Shown here piece by piece: positions 8,051 to 19,500 of a stretch of DNA of 64,000 nucleotides. The DNA is taken from the IMG/VR virus record IMGVR_UViG_3300020577_001726, positions 7,251 to 71,250 of that record; one strand, 5' to 3'. How positions within the stretch are numbered: the stretch's first letter is position 1; each line of letters starts with the position of its first letter. Source of the stretch: a virus (taxonomy: Duplodnaviria; Caudoviricetes). The notes under the pieces are model-generated. The model saw nothing but the letters and a program-made list of their open reading frames with translations. It did no database searches and was not told where the DNA came from. A program made the position numbers and the translations under genes.

Positions 8051-9793
8051 GTGGCAAAATTTCTATGGCGTGAAAATCCGAGATTCTCTAGATATGGTTG
8101 GGTAAGCACCCTAACCAATAAGACGAATTCGTCCAAATCGGGCGACGTCTATACCGTAGAATTCTTCGGCATCTTCTCACGCGGCCAGATTACTATTGGC
8201 CAAGGTACTGCTACATCAGATATTTCCGCGTCAGCATCAACACCAGCGGCAGCTATCTCTACTGGTCAGGGTTCCATAACTTCTGATCTAGCGGCGAACC
8301 TTAATACAGATGGTGTTATTGATGCGGGCCAAGGCTCTATAACGTCAGATGGCGCGGGCTTAGTACCGCTCCCCGGAACTATAGACGCCGGTCAAGGGGA
8401 CATAACAACCGATATATCTGCGGCCTTCAACCCGTTTAGGGCTGTTCTCCCAACAGGCTGGTGGGATAACGCTAATTATATTACACAGCCGGGGCAGAGC
8501 TTTTATCAACTTAGCCCACGTAGCAGCAGTAATTTAATTTGGAAACTCGCCACTATACCTGTAGTGGTTAACGAGCAGTTCACGCTTCATCCATACAACG
8601 TCTACAGCGACGGTGTCGGCGCTCATGTCATTGCCTATACCAACCAAACGACTTACCCAAGTGGTATAGCGCCGGGATCTTTAGGTACCCCGACAGTACG
8701 GAATCAGTATGAATACGTCTCCCCAACAGGTATATCGGGCGGCGCGTTCGGCACGGCGGTTGTATACAACCTGACGCAGTACATTACGACGACCGGCTCG
8801 TTGTACGAAGCGTTCGGTACGCAGAGCTTAGCCCTTGGTACGTTCCCCCAAACGCTTCATGCAGTAGGCTGGTTCGACGAAACGTACGGCACGCAGGACG
8901 TCCGCAACCGCAACTCCTACATTCTACAAGGTGTTACATCAGTTCAGGTGAAGTTCGGCACACAGAAGGTCGAGAACTTCGCTCGTCTGGTACGTCCTTC
9001 CGGCTTAGCTGCTGGGGGAATCGGTACACCATCAGTGTCAAATTACATCCGCTATATCAATTGCACCGGGTGGAAGAGTGATACTTTAGGAACGCCAGTA
9101 ATCTTCGGTCCTCAGTATGCAAACTGCCACGGCTGGGACTCCGCGCTGTACGGCGTTACGTACGTAGATTACTTCAACCGGCATCTGTATCCCGCCGGTA
9201 TAGAGCCCATCTATTCTACAGTTGATCATCTCCACAAAGTGGAGAACCGTAATCGCTACATCTATATGGACGGTATAGATCCTCCAGATATGTTCGGAGC
9301 TATCGTAGCCATTCCGCCGTTTGATATCATTGACGTGACGGATAACAGCATAGATGCTGGGGACATTACTAGCACAGCGGCTATCTACTACAAGGACCAC
9401 AATCGGATTCTTTGTACTGGGTTCACGCCTACCACGTTCGGAACTATCAAGCTCACGCCGCGCTGGGTCACGGTCAAAGGAGCTACGTTCTCAGGATACG
9501 GAAAACCTACCGTTTCGAACTACATCCGGTATTTGAGGCCCACAGGGTTCATAGATGATCGGTTCGGTACGCAATGGGCGTCGTTCTACATCCGAAATGT
9601 TTATCCAGTAGGATTCGATAGGTCCCGTGTGTGGGATGACTTCGGTCCCGTGGATAGCTCTGGGCGCACAGCTAACGTGTCTCCCGGCCCCATAACGATT
9701 GCGCCAGCAGGCTTCGAAGGATCTGGAAACACGTACGATAACTGCGGATTCCCGAGAATGCCGGGAGTACCAAGACCTACGGTGCATAGATGA
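8051..9793 (+). CDS. Repeat-rich tail fibre-like protein
   Basis: GTG start; four GQG.(A/I)T.D repeats, then multiple P.G....(F/L/I)GT..V.N..Y repeats. Confidence 0.55.
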   Translation: MAKFLWRENPRFSRYGWVSTLTNKTNSSKSGDVYTVEFFGIFSRGQITIGQGTATSDISASASTPAAAISTGQGSITSDLAANLNTDGVIDAGQGSITSDGAGLVPLPGTIDAGQGDITTDISAAFNPFRAVLPTGWWDNANYITQPGQSFYQLSPRSSSNLIWKLATIPVVVNEQFTLHPYNVYSDGVGAHVIAYTNQTTYPSGIAPGSLGTPTVRNQYEYVSPTGISGGAFGTAVVYNLTQYITTTGSLYEAFGTQSLALGTFPQTLHAVGWFDETYGTQDVRNRNSYILQGVTSVQVKFGTQKVENFARLVRPSGLAAGGIGTPSVSNYIRYINCTGWKSDTLGTPVIFGPQYANCHGWDSALYGVTYVDYFNRHLYPAGIEPIYSTVDHLHKVENRNRYIYMDGIDPPDMFGAIVAIPPFDIIDVTDNSIDAGDITSTAAIYYKDHNRILCTGFTPTTFGTIKLTPRWVTVKGATFSGYGKPTVSNYIRYLRPTGFIDDRFGTQWASFYIRNVYPVGFDRSRVWDDFGPVDSSGRTANVSPGPITIAPAGFEGSGNTYDNCGFPRMPGVPRPTVHR

Positions 9794-11613
9794 CAGATTA
9801 CTTTCCGACAGACGTAAAGCTTCACCTTGAAGGGGATAAGACCGCCGCGATGGATCTTATCGGTGAGGCACGTAATCTCTTCTACAAAGCCACGCTGCAG
9901 CACGGCACGAACACTAACGCTCCTACGCAGCTAGTACGATATCTTCCGGACGGTGGAGTTATTTCTGTGCTGCTGATCGACCAGCAGAAGATTGTTACGA
10001 TCTTATCCCCGCCGAAGCCAGTTCCACTAGAGCCGAAGCAGGGCGAGGAGCACAACTTCGACATCCTGTATGTTCTATGCGGTATCGAGAAGGGCGCTAC
10101 AACTGTTACGATCATGGGGAAGGACTACCTGCGCTCCTTCAAACCCACGCCGTCTACCGCCAAGGCGCATAACGTTACGAACGCGTACCACGACAATCTA
10201 CGCCTAGCCACCACGGACAATCAAACTAAGGCCGGGATGTACACCTCGGCTATGAAACGTGTTGTAGCGGCGGTCGAGGGGCTAGGTAAGATCAAAGATT
10301 CCTCTCCTCAGTACTTAACTCCAGAGCCTACAGTACGTGTTGTGCTGAACAAGTACTTGGCGACGTACGCCACGACGCACGGTATCTACAAGGCTGGTCC
10401 TAAGAACCACTGGCTGATCGAAATTAGTGCAGCACGCGGTGTCTTAGCCATGCCGCTACCACTTATCCGGTCAACAGTAGGGAAAGTTTATGAATCTTAT
10501 GTCCGTCGTATCGGTGATTTGGGTGGCTTAGCCCTATGTCTAGAGTTCGGTGGCCTGCCGTCCGGGGAGACATTCCCTACAGGCACGGCCCTAACTACCG
10601 CGATTACTAAGGGGAAAGTTCTACAGCTTCTAACTGCTTCGGATCTGGATCCATACTACAAGGCAGTTACGGGCGAGACGCATACGTATCTAGACAGCTG
10701 GGCTTTTGCTGAGACGCGTCCAGACATTCATAACGTGCGATTCAATTTTAAAAAGCTTCCCGGCAATAGATTGTTTAGCATGAGCGGCGAGCACTGGAAA
10801 ATCACGCTGTCGCTGTCGAAGCATAACTTATCCGCTGTGTTTCCGAAACCGGTGGGGGTAGGTTCCGCAGTTCTAAGTATGGAACATACGGGGCTTATAA
10901 GCAAAGATGCGTTACGTAATTTATGGGTTGCTGGTGCGGACGAGAGACTAAGTCCCCCGTTGTTTACGTACGGTACTATATCTATGCGTAGCATAGACAA
11001 TTATGGGTATGGTTCCCCTAAGTGGAATAACGAATATGAAAACCCAGCTAATATCCTTCAAGAACTAACCGAGTTTGGTTGCTACGTACGTATATTCTTC
11101 GATGGTGATCGTATGGAGCGTGTTAAATACACGCCTATGGCTTATTTAAGCCCCTCCGTGATATCTATAGCCGCTATAGTATCCGATAGAGCAGACACAA
11201 GATTAACTTCTGCAGCAGGTTCTCCCCTTCCGTACTCTATATTCCCCGGATATTGTAGAGAAGGTTTTATATCAGTACGCACAGTAAATGGGCAGTTCAT
11301 TAACGGCGCGTATGTAAATCCATACCAAGGGACGTTCGCTAGAGGTGTTTTCACAGGTATAGGCGCTATAGATATGCCAGTAGATCCAGCTGCATATTAT
11401 TATCCTTTCCGTCCTAATCCCGGGTTTCCAGTGTTCTTTGGGGCGGTTATCAATCCCGGGAGAAACTATGCCTATGTGATGACTAAGTGGATCGCCACAC
11501 AACCTGCGCTTATGGGTTTACCTTCCGTGTCTCCCGGATACGTAACTGCTGGGTTGCTTTCTAATACGGAACCGATTACACTAGCCGAAACCACGTTCAT
11601 TGGAAACTATTGA
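9790..11613 (+). CDS. Hypothetical virion protein (607 aa)
   Basis: Long ORF coupled at both ends within the tail module. Confidence 0.55.
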   Translation: MTDYFPTDVKLHLEGDKTAAMDLIGEARNLFYKATLQHGTNTNAPTQLVRYLPDGGVISVLLIDQQKIVTILSPPKPVPLEPKQGEEHNFDILYVLCGIEKGATTVTIMGKDYLRSFKPTPSTAKAHNVTNAYHDNLRLATTDNQTKAGMYTSAMKRVVAAVEGLGKIKDSSPQYLTPEPTVRVVLNKYLATYATTHGIYKAGPKNHWLIEISAARGVLAMPLPLIRSTVGKVYESYVRRIGDLGGLALCLEFGGLPSGETFPTGTALTTAITKGKVLQLLTASDLDPYYKAVTGETHTYLDSWAFAETRPDIHNVRFNFKKLPGNRLFSMSGEHWKITLSLSKHNLSAVFPKPVGVGSAVLSMEHTGLISKDALRNLWVAGADERLSPPLFTYGTISMRSIDNYGYGSPKWNNEYENPANILQELTEFGCYVRIFFDGDRMERVKYTPMAYLSPSVISIAAIVSDRADTRLTSAAGSPLPYSIFPGYCREGFISVRTVNGQFINGAYVNPYQGTFARGVFTGIGAIDMPVDPAAYYYPFRPNPGFPVFFGAVINPGRNYAYVMTKWIATQPALMGLPSVSPGYVTAGLLSNTEPITLAETTFIGNY

Positions 11614-12860
11614 TGAAAACTGTACCGTTTCCAGCCATTAAGCTTGGCGTGGACATGCTCTCAAATGAGACATCTATCCCCGCAGGCGCTGTCCGTAAGG
11701 CCATTAACGTAGACCTAGACCGCTACGGCAACTTCTCGCGCCGTGTGGGGTATACTAAGGTCGTTTCTGGTGCTGGGTACCACAGTGTAAGAGCGCTCCT
11801 ACAGAAAGGTTGGGTGCTCCTAGCTCAGAACGATGTCCTAAAGATCATAAGCCCGTCAGATTACAGCTTGTCTTCGCTGTATAATCTGAATTCCTCCGAC
11901 CCTCTGGACTACTGTGAGCATAATGGTGACCTCTACTTCTCCAACAAAACCACCCTCGGTTTCGTCCCTTACGGTAGTTCAGTGGCTAGAGAGCTCGGAA
12001 TTGCCGCGCCGAACCCAAGACCAAACCTTACCGCTACTACAAGCGGTTCTCTACGTGCCGGGACGTATACTGTCGCATTATCGTTCCTCGATGACCTTGG
12101 ACGTGAATCAGGACTTGGAGAATATGTTCGAATCACCCTCCCCGCCGACGGTGGGATAGTAGCCACAGGGTTACCTACCCATTCTGGATGGAAGCTGCGT
12201 GTGTACATAACTTCCACGGACGGAGAGGTCCTGTACCTGAACTCTGAGTTCAACGCCGTAACGACGACGATCAACATCAATACATTTAAAGAGTTAAAAC
12301 AAGCGGATAACACGATCTTAGCGCCCATGGAGCCCGGCTCCTTCATCCGACCGTTCAACGGTAGGCTGTATACATGCCAAGATAACGTGATTTCCTTCTC
12401 CGAACCCCTTCGCTATGGAGTGACCAATCTATCGACAAATAAAATCACGATGAATGACAACATCACGATTTTTGAGCCCGTTCTAGGAGGCATTTATGTG
12501 GGCGCTGGAACGAAAGTTTGGTTTATGGAAGGGGGTGATCCGTCTAAGTTCAAGCAGAAACTCGTGTCTAACTGCAGAGCCATTCCGTTCAGTTCGACAT
12601 CAGTCCCTGGTGAACACTTTAATCCTAAGGTAGTCAGCCCAGACTACCCTGTCGCTGTATGGTTATCCACATCTGGGTACGTAGCGGGACAGGCTGACGG
12701 CACCGTCTCTGAGCTTCAGCCTGACCGCATTAGAATTCCCGGAAATCAAGCCGGAAGAAGCACTTTTTTGTTAAGAAACGGTATGAAACAGGTCGTAACT
12801 CCTGTAAACTCTACCTCTGCGGTGGCGTTTGGAACCGCTATTGACTCAACTAATTCCTGA
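11613..12860 (+). CDS. Tail nozzle/stabilisation (tail tubular B-like) protein
   Basis: N-terminal LGVD....E....GAVRKAINVDLD..G.FSRR.G pattern and beta-propeller-like repeats (GRLY, ISFSEP, GIYVG). Confidence 0.6.
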   Translation: MKTVPFPAIKLGVDMLSNETSIPAGAVRKAINVDLDRYGNFSRRVGYTKVVSGAGYHSVRALLQKGWVLLAQNDVLKIISPSDYSLSSLYNLNSSDPLDYCEHNGDLYFSNKTTLGFVPYGSSVARELGIAAPNPRPNLTATTSGSLRAGTYTVALSFLDDLGRESGLGEYVRITLPADGGIVATGLPTHSGWKLRVYITSTDGEVLYLNSEFNAVTTTININTFKELKQADNTILAPMEPGSFIRPFNGRLYTCQDNVISFSEPLRYGVTNLSTNKITMNDNITIFEPVLGGIYVGAGTKVWFMEGGDPSKFKQKLVSNCRAIPFSSTSVPGEHFNPKVVSPDYPVAVWLSTSGYVAGQADGTVSELQPDRIRIPGNQAGRSTFLLRNGMKQVVTPVNSTSAVAFGTAIDSTNS

Positions 12861-12870
12861 GGGAGAACAA

Positions 12871-13473
12871 ATGTCTAAGGAAATCCTCCGTCACGCCGCC
12901 GAGTTTGCAAAAGCGATTGACGGTAACAAGTATGAACTATCAGAGCAGGGGCTGTATATCCCCGGCGCTAAGGTCTTTATCAACGGTGTGTATGGTCATT
13001 ACGCTCCGAATGATGGCCTCGGCTACCAAGAAACGTCGAACATCGTTGTGAACGAAGGCCTTACCGACATTCTCTCCGTCTACCTGAAGTCTGGTACGCA
13101 GAAGACAGCTTGGTACATGTCTCTATTCACCGGTAACTACACGCCGCTAGCTACGCTTACCGCCGCTACGTACCCGTCCACCGCGACAGAGAATACGTCG
13201 AACACGGAAGGCTACACGGAAACTAACCGTCAGACATGGACAGGTGGTTCGATCTCCGCTAACGCGGTCGATAACACAGCGTCTATGGCAGCGTTTACGT
13301 TCGCCTCGGCTACCTCGGTTGTGGTCTACGGTGCAGCCATGCACAGCGTTGCTACTCGTGGTGGCACGACTGGTGTTCTTCTGTCGGCATCGAAGTTCTC
13401 GCCTTCAGCGCGCACACTGTATAACGGCGACGTGTTCAACCTGAGTTGGAAGCTGACGCTTACATCGTCATAA
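12871..13473 (+). CDS. Virion structural protein
   Basis: ATG 12871 with RBS GGGAG; NIVVNEGL..IL, WY.SLF.GNYTP and NGD.FNLSW motifs. Confidence 0.6.
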   Translation: MSKEILRHAAEFAKAIDGNKYELSEQGLYIPGAKVFINGVYGHYAPNDGLGYQETSNIVVNEGLTDILSVYLKSGTQKTAWYMSLFTGNYTPLATLTAATYPSTATENTSNTEGYTETNRQTWTGGSISANAVDNTASMAAFTFASATSVVVYGAAMHSVATRGGTTGVLLSASKFSPSARTLYNGDVFNLSWKLTLTSS

Positions 13474-13488
13474 TCGTAGGGGACGGCG

Positions 13489-14598
13489 TTGCCTAATCCT
13501 TGCGAGTACATTACAGAGTACATCACATGCACTGAGAAAACAGTGCATGGGTACCTGTATGCCATGCAGGAATACATTGCCATAGCAGACACTCAAACGT
13601 GCAGTTCTTATGCTCGTATGTACGAAGCTGTCGCCGCTGCGGATACAACCACTACGAAGATCAAGCTGTACCCCACACTGGAAGAAGCGATTACGGTAGG
13701 GGAAGATGTAGGTATTGAGTTCACCATCCCTACGATGAACGAAGCCGTAACTTGTACGAGCCTGTTCAATCAAACTCGTACAATCTTCGTAACGGAAGCC
13801 ATCGTAGCAGATGGGCCGTTCGTATCTTCGTCACACCTGAAGTACGCAATGAGCGACGTCGTAACCGCGAACGACGTATACGGCCCCGCGTACTACAGGG
13901 CTATTACTGAGTCCGTAGCCGCTACGGATACGTATGTTGGGAAACGTTTGATCGTAGCGCTAGTGCAGGAGTCAGTGAATGCTGCGGAAACACTACCTAA
14001 CTCCTACACTAAGGTCGTGCTCGCAATTAACGAGAGTGTCGATGCTGCAGACGTAACAACTAACAAGGCGACGCTCAACGCGGCGGTTGCTGAGATCGTT
14101 GGTATCGCGCAGTCGTACTGGTATAGAGATACGACACAGATCGCTTGGCAGATGAATACTGAGACGACTGCGGTTAACTGGAACACTAATTACATGTTCG
14201 ACTCCATCGCGCAGTTCGGTAACACAGTGCTAGCCACTGCGCCTGACGGTGTGTACTTGTTATCTGGCGATACTGACGCGGCAGTAGCTATTCCAGCCAA
14301 GGTGCAGACCGGCTTTATGGACTTTGATGACCGTAAGGTTAAGCGCATGGATGGAGTATACTTCGGTCTACAGGGCTCAGAGCTTAAGCTCTCAGTCGAA
14401 ATCTTCGGTGGTACGGGGCCATCTACGTACACAATGCCTGCTAAAACAACAACTACGCCGGGAAGCAACCGTATCATTCCGGGTAAGGGACTAGCCAGCC
14501 GTTACTGGAAGATGACTTTTGAGAACGTTAACGGTGGAGACTTCGACATCGATAACATCGAACTAGACGTTGTGTCCTCTACGACACGGAGAATGTAA
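13489..14598 (+). CDS. Virion structural protein with E-x-V-x-A-x-D repeats
   Basis: TTG start; about 11 short repeats in the N-terminal two thirds and a globular C-terminal domain. Confidence 0.55.
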   Translation: MPNPCEYITEYITCTEKTVHGYLYAMQEYIAIADTQTCSSYARMYEAVAAADTTTTKIKLYPTLEEAITVGEDVGIEFTIPTMNEAVTCTSLFNQTRTIFVTEAIVADGPFVSSSHLKYAMSDVVTANDVYGPAYYRAITESVAATDTYVGKRLIVALVQESVNAAETLPNSYTKVVLAINESVDAADVTTNKATLNAAVAEIVGIAQSYWYRDTTQIAWQMNTETTAVNWNTNYMFDSIAQFGNTVLATAPDGVYLLSGDTDAAVAIPAKVQTGFMDFDDRKVKRMDGVYFGLQGSELKLSVEIFGGTGPSTYTMPAKTTTTPGSNRIIPGKGLASRYWKMTFENVNGGDFDIDNIELDVVSSTTRRM

Positions 14599-16526
14599 TG
14601 AGTGGTTTCGACGCATATGCAGCAGCACAGGACACAGTAACAGATATCGAGAATATCGTTGCTGGCCGCATCGACAGCGCGTCTAAAGTCGCTGACGCTG
14701 CGCAAGTAATTGCGCTCGGCACCATTGCGGATCTGAAAGGCACGAAGTTCACAGTTCCTGATCAGCCCCCAACCGCGCCTAAGGTGGATGCGAAGCTAGA
14801 TATCAAGTTCAACGTTCCTAACATCAGGATAGATACGTTCGGCTCTATTAGCGGCCCGACGACTTCGGACAAGGTCGAAGACCTCGTCCCTGTGCGCACA
14901 GTTACTACGCCTACGATCCCTGCGTTCGTATCTAGCATCGGCTCGCTAACGATTCCGCAACCGCCATCAGAGAATCAGCTTACTAAGCCTGACGACAAGA
15001 CGTTCGACCCGTCAGTTACTATTCCTAACGCCCCAAATACTGTCATCCCAGCTCTTGATAACCTTGTCCCGATCACAATTCCTGCTTTCACGTTCCCGAC
15101 GCTACCGACGTTTGATGCGACAGCGCCGGAATTTGAAGGCTCTGCGCTTCCTCCGGTCTTCAACTGGACGGAGCCTGTGTATCACAATGAGATCTTGGAT
15201 GAAGCTCTAGTCGTTGTGCGCCGAATGTTTGCGGGTGGAACAGGTCTGCCCCCAGCTATTGAACAAGCAATCTTCGGGCGGATGAATGATCGTGAGGATC
15301 AGTTAGTAGCCAAGGCTGTATCGGAAGTTTACACTGAGTGGTCAGAGCGGGGTTTCACAGCACCTAACGGCATGACGAACGCGCGCATCGATCAAGTGCG
15401 CCAAGATGCTCTGTTGAAGAAGCAGGGTGCTAATCGTGAGCTAGCTATCAAGGTCGCAGAGATTGAGGTCGAGAACCTCAAGTTCGCAGTTACGCAAGCC
15501 TTAGCTGCTGAACAGATTCTTATCAACAAGCATCTGAACATCGCTGAACGTATGTTCCAAGCTGCGAAGTATCAGATTCAAGCTCTCGTTGAGATCTACA
15601 ACGCGCAAGTTAGCCTGTTTAATGCCCGTCAGATCGCGTATCAGACTTCTGCTACTGTGTATAAGACGCGCATTGAAGCTGCGCTGTCTGAGCTAGAAGT
15701 TTTTAAGGCCCAAATCCAAGGTGAATTAGCCAAGGCTCAGGTGAATGAATCCACCGTGAGAGCTTACGTCGCCAAGATCCAAGCACTAGGACTACAAGTA
15801 GATGTCTACAAAGCGCAATTACAGGGTGCCCAGACTAAAGTTGACGTTACGAAAGCTCAGATTGAGGCTTACAAGGCTACCATCGAAGCTTACGCTACGA
15901 ACGTCCAAGCAGAAAAAGTTAGATTTGACACATACGCCACGCGCGTCGGGGCAGAAGTGGCGAAAGCTAACATAATTGACGCCCAAGCCAGAGCTTATGC
16001 CGCCCAGATCCAAGGTATTTCGACCGGCGTGATGGCGCAAAAGACGGCTACGGACGCAGATATCTCGACTAACGAGATCAAGATTAAAGAGTTTATCGCT
16101 AATGTCGAGCGCGAGAAGTCCGAGATGCAGTACCAGCTGTCGGCTATCCAAGCCGCAGTCTCTGCGTTTACGGCAGACACGCAGCGGTTCATCGCGCAGA
16201 CTGATACTGAGAAAACGAAGGCTCAGCTACAGATCGCTACGTCAGAACTGCAGTCGAAGACAGCAATTTCTCTGTATGGAGCAATGACTTCATCGTATAA
16301 TGCGCGTATGGAACAGCTGATTCGTGAAGCTACACTCACTGTTGAGGGTCTGAAGTCTGCCGGTCAAATCGCTACAACACTAGCCGCAGCGGCTTATTCC
16401 GCTGTCCATGTGGGTGCCACCCTGTCTGGTGGCGGTTCGCTCAACGCTTCGGGTGCAGTATCTGACTCGTACTCTCGCTCGGAATCTACGTCAACGAACA
16501 CCAACTACAATTACGAAGGTACGTAA
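14598..16526 (+). CDS. Putative internal virion/ejection protein 1
   Basis: 642 aa; Pro-rich N-part and a long Ala/Gln/Glu coiled-coil; first of three large ORFs after the tail genes. Confidence 0.55.
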   Translation: MSGFDAYAAAQDTVTDIENIVAGRIDSASKVADAAQVIALGTIADLKGTKFTVPDQPPTAPKVDAKLDIKFNVPNIRIDTFGSISGPTTSDKVEDLVPVRTVTTPTIPAFVSSIGSLTIPQPPSENQLTKPDDKTFDPSVTIPNAPNTVIPALDNLVPITIPAFTFPTLPTFDATAPEFEGSALPPVFNWTEPVYHNEILDEALVVVRRMFAGGTGLPPAIEQAIFGRMNDREDQLVAKAVSEVYTEWSERGFTAPNGMTNARIDQVRQDALLKKQGANRELAIKVAEIEVENLKFAVTQALAAEQILINKHLNIAERMFQAAKYQIQALVEIYNAQVSLFNARQIAYQTSATVYKTRIEAALSELEVFKAQIQGELAKAQVNESTVRAYVAKIQALGLQVDVYKAQLQGAQTKVDVTKAQIEAYKATIEAYATNVQAEKVRFDTYATRVGAEVAKANIIDAQARAYAAQIQGISTGVMAQKTATDADISTNEIKIKEFIANVEREKSEMQYQLSAIQAAVSAFTADTQRFIAQTDTEKTKAQLQIATSELQSKTAISLYGAMTSSYNARMEQLIREATLTVEGLKSAGQIATTLAAAAYSAVHVGATLSGGGSLNASGAVSDSYSRSESTSTNTNYNYEGT

Positions 16527-16527
16527 T

Positions 16528-19500
16528 ATGAGCAAGATGTCAGACGACTTCAAGAACAAGTCCATGCTGCGTACAGCAGTTACAAGTAACGCCATGGGCA
16601 TGGCTGATGGCGGCATAGCTGGTCTAGCCGGTCTTCGGCAACGCACCATCGACGGTGCTGTCGAAGGTGCTGTGCGCCCAGCTACTCCTGCTCCTGCCCC
16701 AGCACCTGCGCCAGCAGCAGCCCCGGCTCCCGGCGGCATGATCTCTGACGGCGTGGTTACACGCCCAGCACCCGCGCCCGTAGCTCCTACACCGCAGCCG
16801 GGAATTTTCTCTCGGTTGCGTAAGGCCGTCGGTTTTGCAGCCGGGGGCGCAGTAGGTCCGACGCCTGTAATGACAGGTGACGCGGTTACCCCAGCCATTG
16901 CTGAGCTAGGTGCCACAGGTACGCAAGGTCTTTTAGCTGCGGGCAAAGAAGCGCTTGCAGTTCCACAAAAGATGATTACGTTAGCCAATAACGCATACGC
17001 TGGTTCGCCCGCGCTGCGTAACGGCTTCCTGTCTGAAGTTGCTCCCGGCGTATCGCGCTTCCTTCCCGCAGCCGGTGGTATCGTCGGCGCGGCTAAGTCG
17101 TTTATGGACACGCCGCAAGAGCGCTCGGCGTTTGAGAACAACGTTACGCCTAAGGGTTCAGTTCTTCCTCCCGGTGTTGCTGACGCAGCTAGAGTTATGC
17201 AGCACGTTGGCAACGCCGTGTCAGGTAACGCAGCCGGTGTCTTCGGCGCGCAAGTTGCTAAGCTGACTAACCCAGACATCACGCCTGAGGAATCACGTAT
17301 TGCACGTACAGCCAAGGGCCGTATTCGTGGTCAGGGAACCACAGGCAGCTTCCCGGGCATGGCAGACGGCGGCACGTCCCCTTGGGACTCAGCTTATGCT
17401 CCCGGCGGTTCATTGTCGAGCCGCGCTAAGCCACAATCTGTTCAATCTATTCTCGCTGCTACTTTAGCGCAGAGAAACCAACCGACAGCGCCTATAGCTC
17501 CTTCACCGGCAGCTACGCCGTCACCTGAGCTTGCACCCGCGTCACCCGCTGCAACTCCCATGGCTGCTGCACCTGCTACCTCGACCCAGCCAGCCATGGG
17601 AAGCGGTCCTATGCCAACGGCAGGGCCGGGGCATGAGATGAGCAACAGCCAATGGAACCAGATGGCCGCTGGCACGCTCCCATCCGCACCTACAGCATCG
17701 TCATCAGCGAACTGGAACTCACAACAGAATGACGCCTTACGTATGCAAAACTCTATGAGTATTTTGCAAGCTAAACCTATGTCTTCTTCTTTAGTTTTGC
17801 CTAATAAGCAACCCGGAGCTAGCTGGACACCGGATGTTCAAAACCCCGGTAAAACTGACGGTGCTGCTATCCGTGTTGGGCAGACACAATATGGAGGTGG
17901 ATTACGTGGCGGCGGTCGAGTGACTGGCCCCGGTGGTCCGCGCGAAGACAAGGTTGGCCCAGTCATGTTGTCGAACGGTGAGTATGTCCTACCTGCCAAG
18001 ACCGTGCAGAAGCTAGGTGGCCCAGAAGAAATTGACGAGGTGGTTAGAGCTACGAACGACGGGCGTGAACCTCAGCACGCAGATACAGATGATCGCGGGC
18101 TACGCCACGCCGCTTCCGGCCTGTCGCCTTGGGATCCTACCCTTGGGCAAGCTCCGGGAGTTACGAATGGCCCACCAGCTTACACACCGCCACCGCAGCT
18201 ACCGCCCCCACAACCGGGTACGTCGGTTGCTACACGTCCGTATGAGCCTAACTGGCGTCTATATCAAGCTCCCGCCGTCGATCCGAACGTGATCGACGTC
18301 GATCCTGTTCGTCAGTCTAGAGTACCACCGGGCGGTTCTCCGGAGATGCAGGCTGTGCGCCAAGCGCAAGCTGCTGATCAGGCGGGGCTTCGTGCGGGTC
18401 AAGCCGTTGCTGATGCTAAAGCTGCTGCGCAAGCGGCAGGCCCAGCGTCATCAGCTGCTGGCGCTACGCGCGGTTTAGTTGGTAAAGCCGCTGGCCTAGT
18501 TGCAGACGTAGCTAAACCCATCGCGCTTGGTATGACTGCGTACGAAGGGCTACATACATCTACAAGTGATTATGCTAAACGCCTTAAAGGCCTAGCTCCA
18601 GCTGGTCTGCTTAACACAGATGCTAAGGGCAATATACAATCTAATGGCGGTAATTGGCTGCGTGAACATGGGTATGACAATGCTGGTCAGTTAGTGGACG
18701 ATATAGGTGTTCGTACTCACGGCGTTGCTACAGATTTGGCGAATACACTCGCATTCGGACAGCTAGGTTCATACTTCGCGGACAAACAAGCCGCCCCTGC
18801 CGCCGCTCCTCAAGGCCCGGTCCCCGGTCAGCCAGCGGTAGGACTTCATCGCCAAGACCCTAATGTGGCAAATGTTATCGCCGGTAACGTGGCTATGGAT
18901 CGCAACACGCCAGATACGGGCGGTGCCATTCAGCAAACTGGTAACACGTTCTACGGCGGTGTGGGCGGCGCGCAAGGCAAAGCGCTTGAAGATGCTGAGG
19001 CAGCCAAGGGCCGCCAACGTTATCAGAACGACGCTGCGGGAATGTACGCTGCGATCCAAGGTCACATCGCCAACGGCGACTTAGAGACAGCGAACAAGCT
19101 GGCGTGGGATCCTGCCTCACGTGCTCTAGTGAACCAAGGCTACGCTGCTCGGAACGCAGCTATGGCGGCGAACAGCCGCTCGTCAACACCTGACGAAGAC
19201 GCGCTGAACTCACGCTATGACAAGGCGGCTGATCGTCTACGTGGCCTATTCCGCAGCGACAAGGCTCAAGGTAACCTAGCTAAACATTTAACAGAGCTAA
19301 ATCAACAACGCGCTGGCGAGCTAGCCAACCTACGCAATACGAAGGTGCAGGCGCGCGGCCAAGATCTGCTGTCCGAAGGTAACCAAGCTCGCATCGCGTC
19401 CGAACAAGCTATCGCCAACCAGCGTAACCAGTTCGATTGGCGCAAGACCATGATGGAACAGACGAACAAGGATCGAGAGTATCAGCTGAACTCCGCTAAA

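Noticed and set aside
10741-10760. TTTTAAAAAG as a programmed frameshift site
   Set aside because: No in-frame X XXY YYZ heptamer and no useful alternative ORF.
16491-17315. 274-aa antisense ORF
   Set aside because: Shadow of a GC/Ala/Pro-rich sense gene; no RBS or motif.
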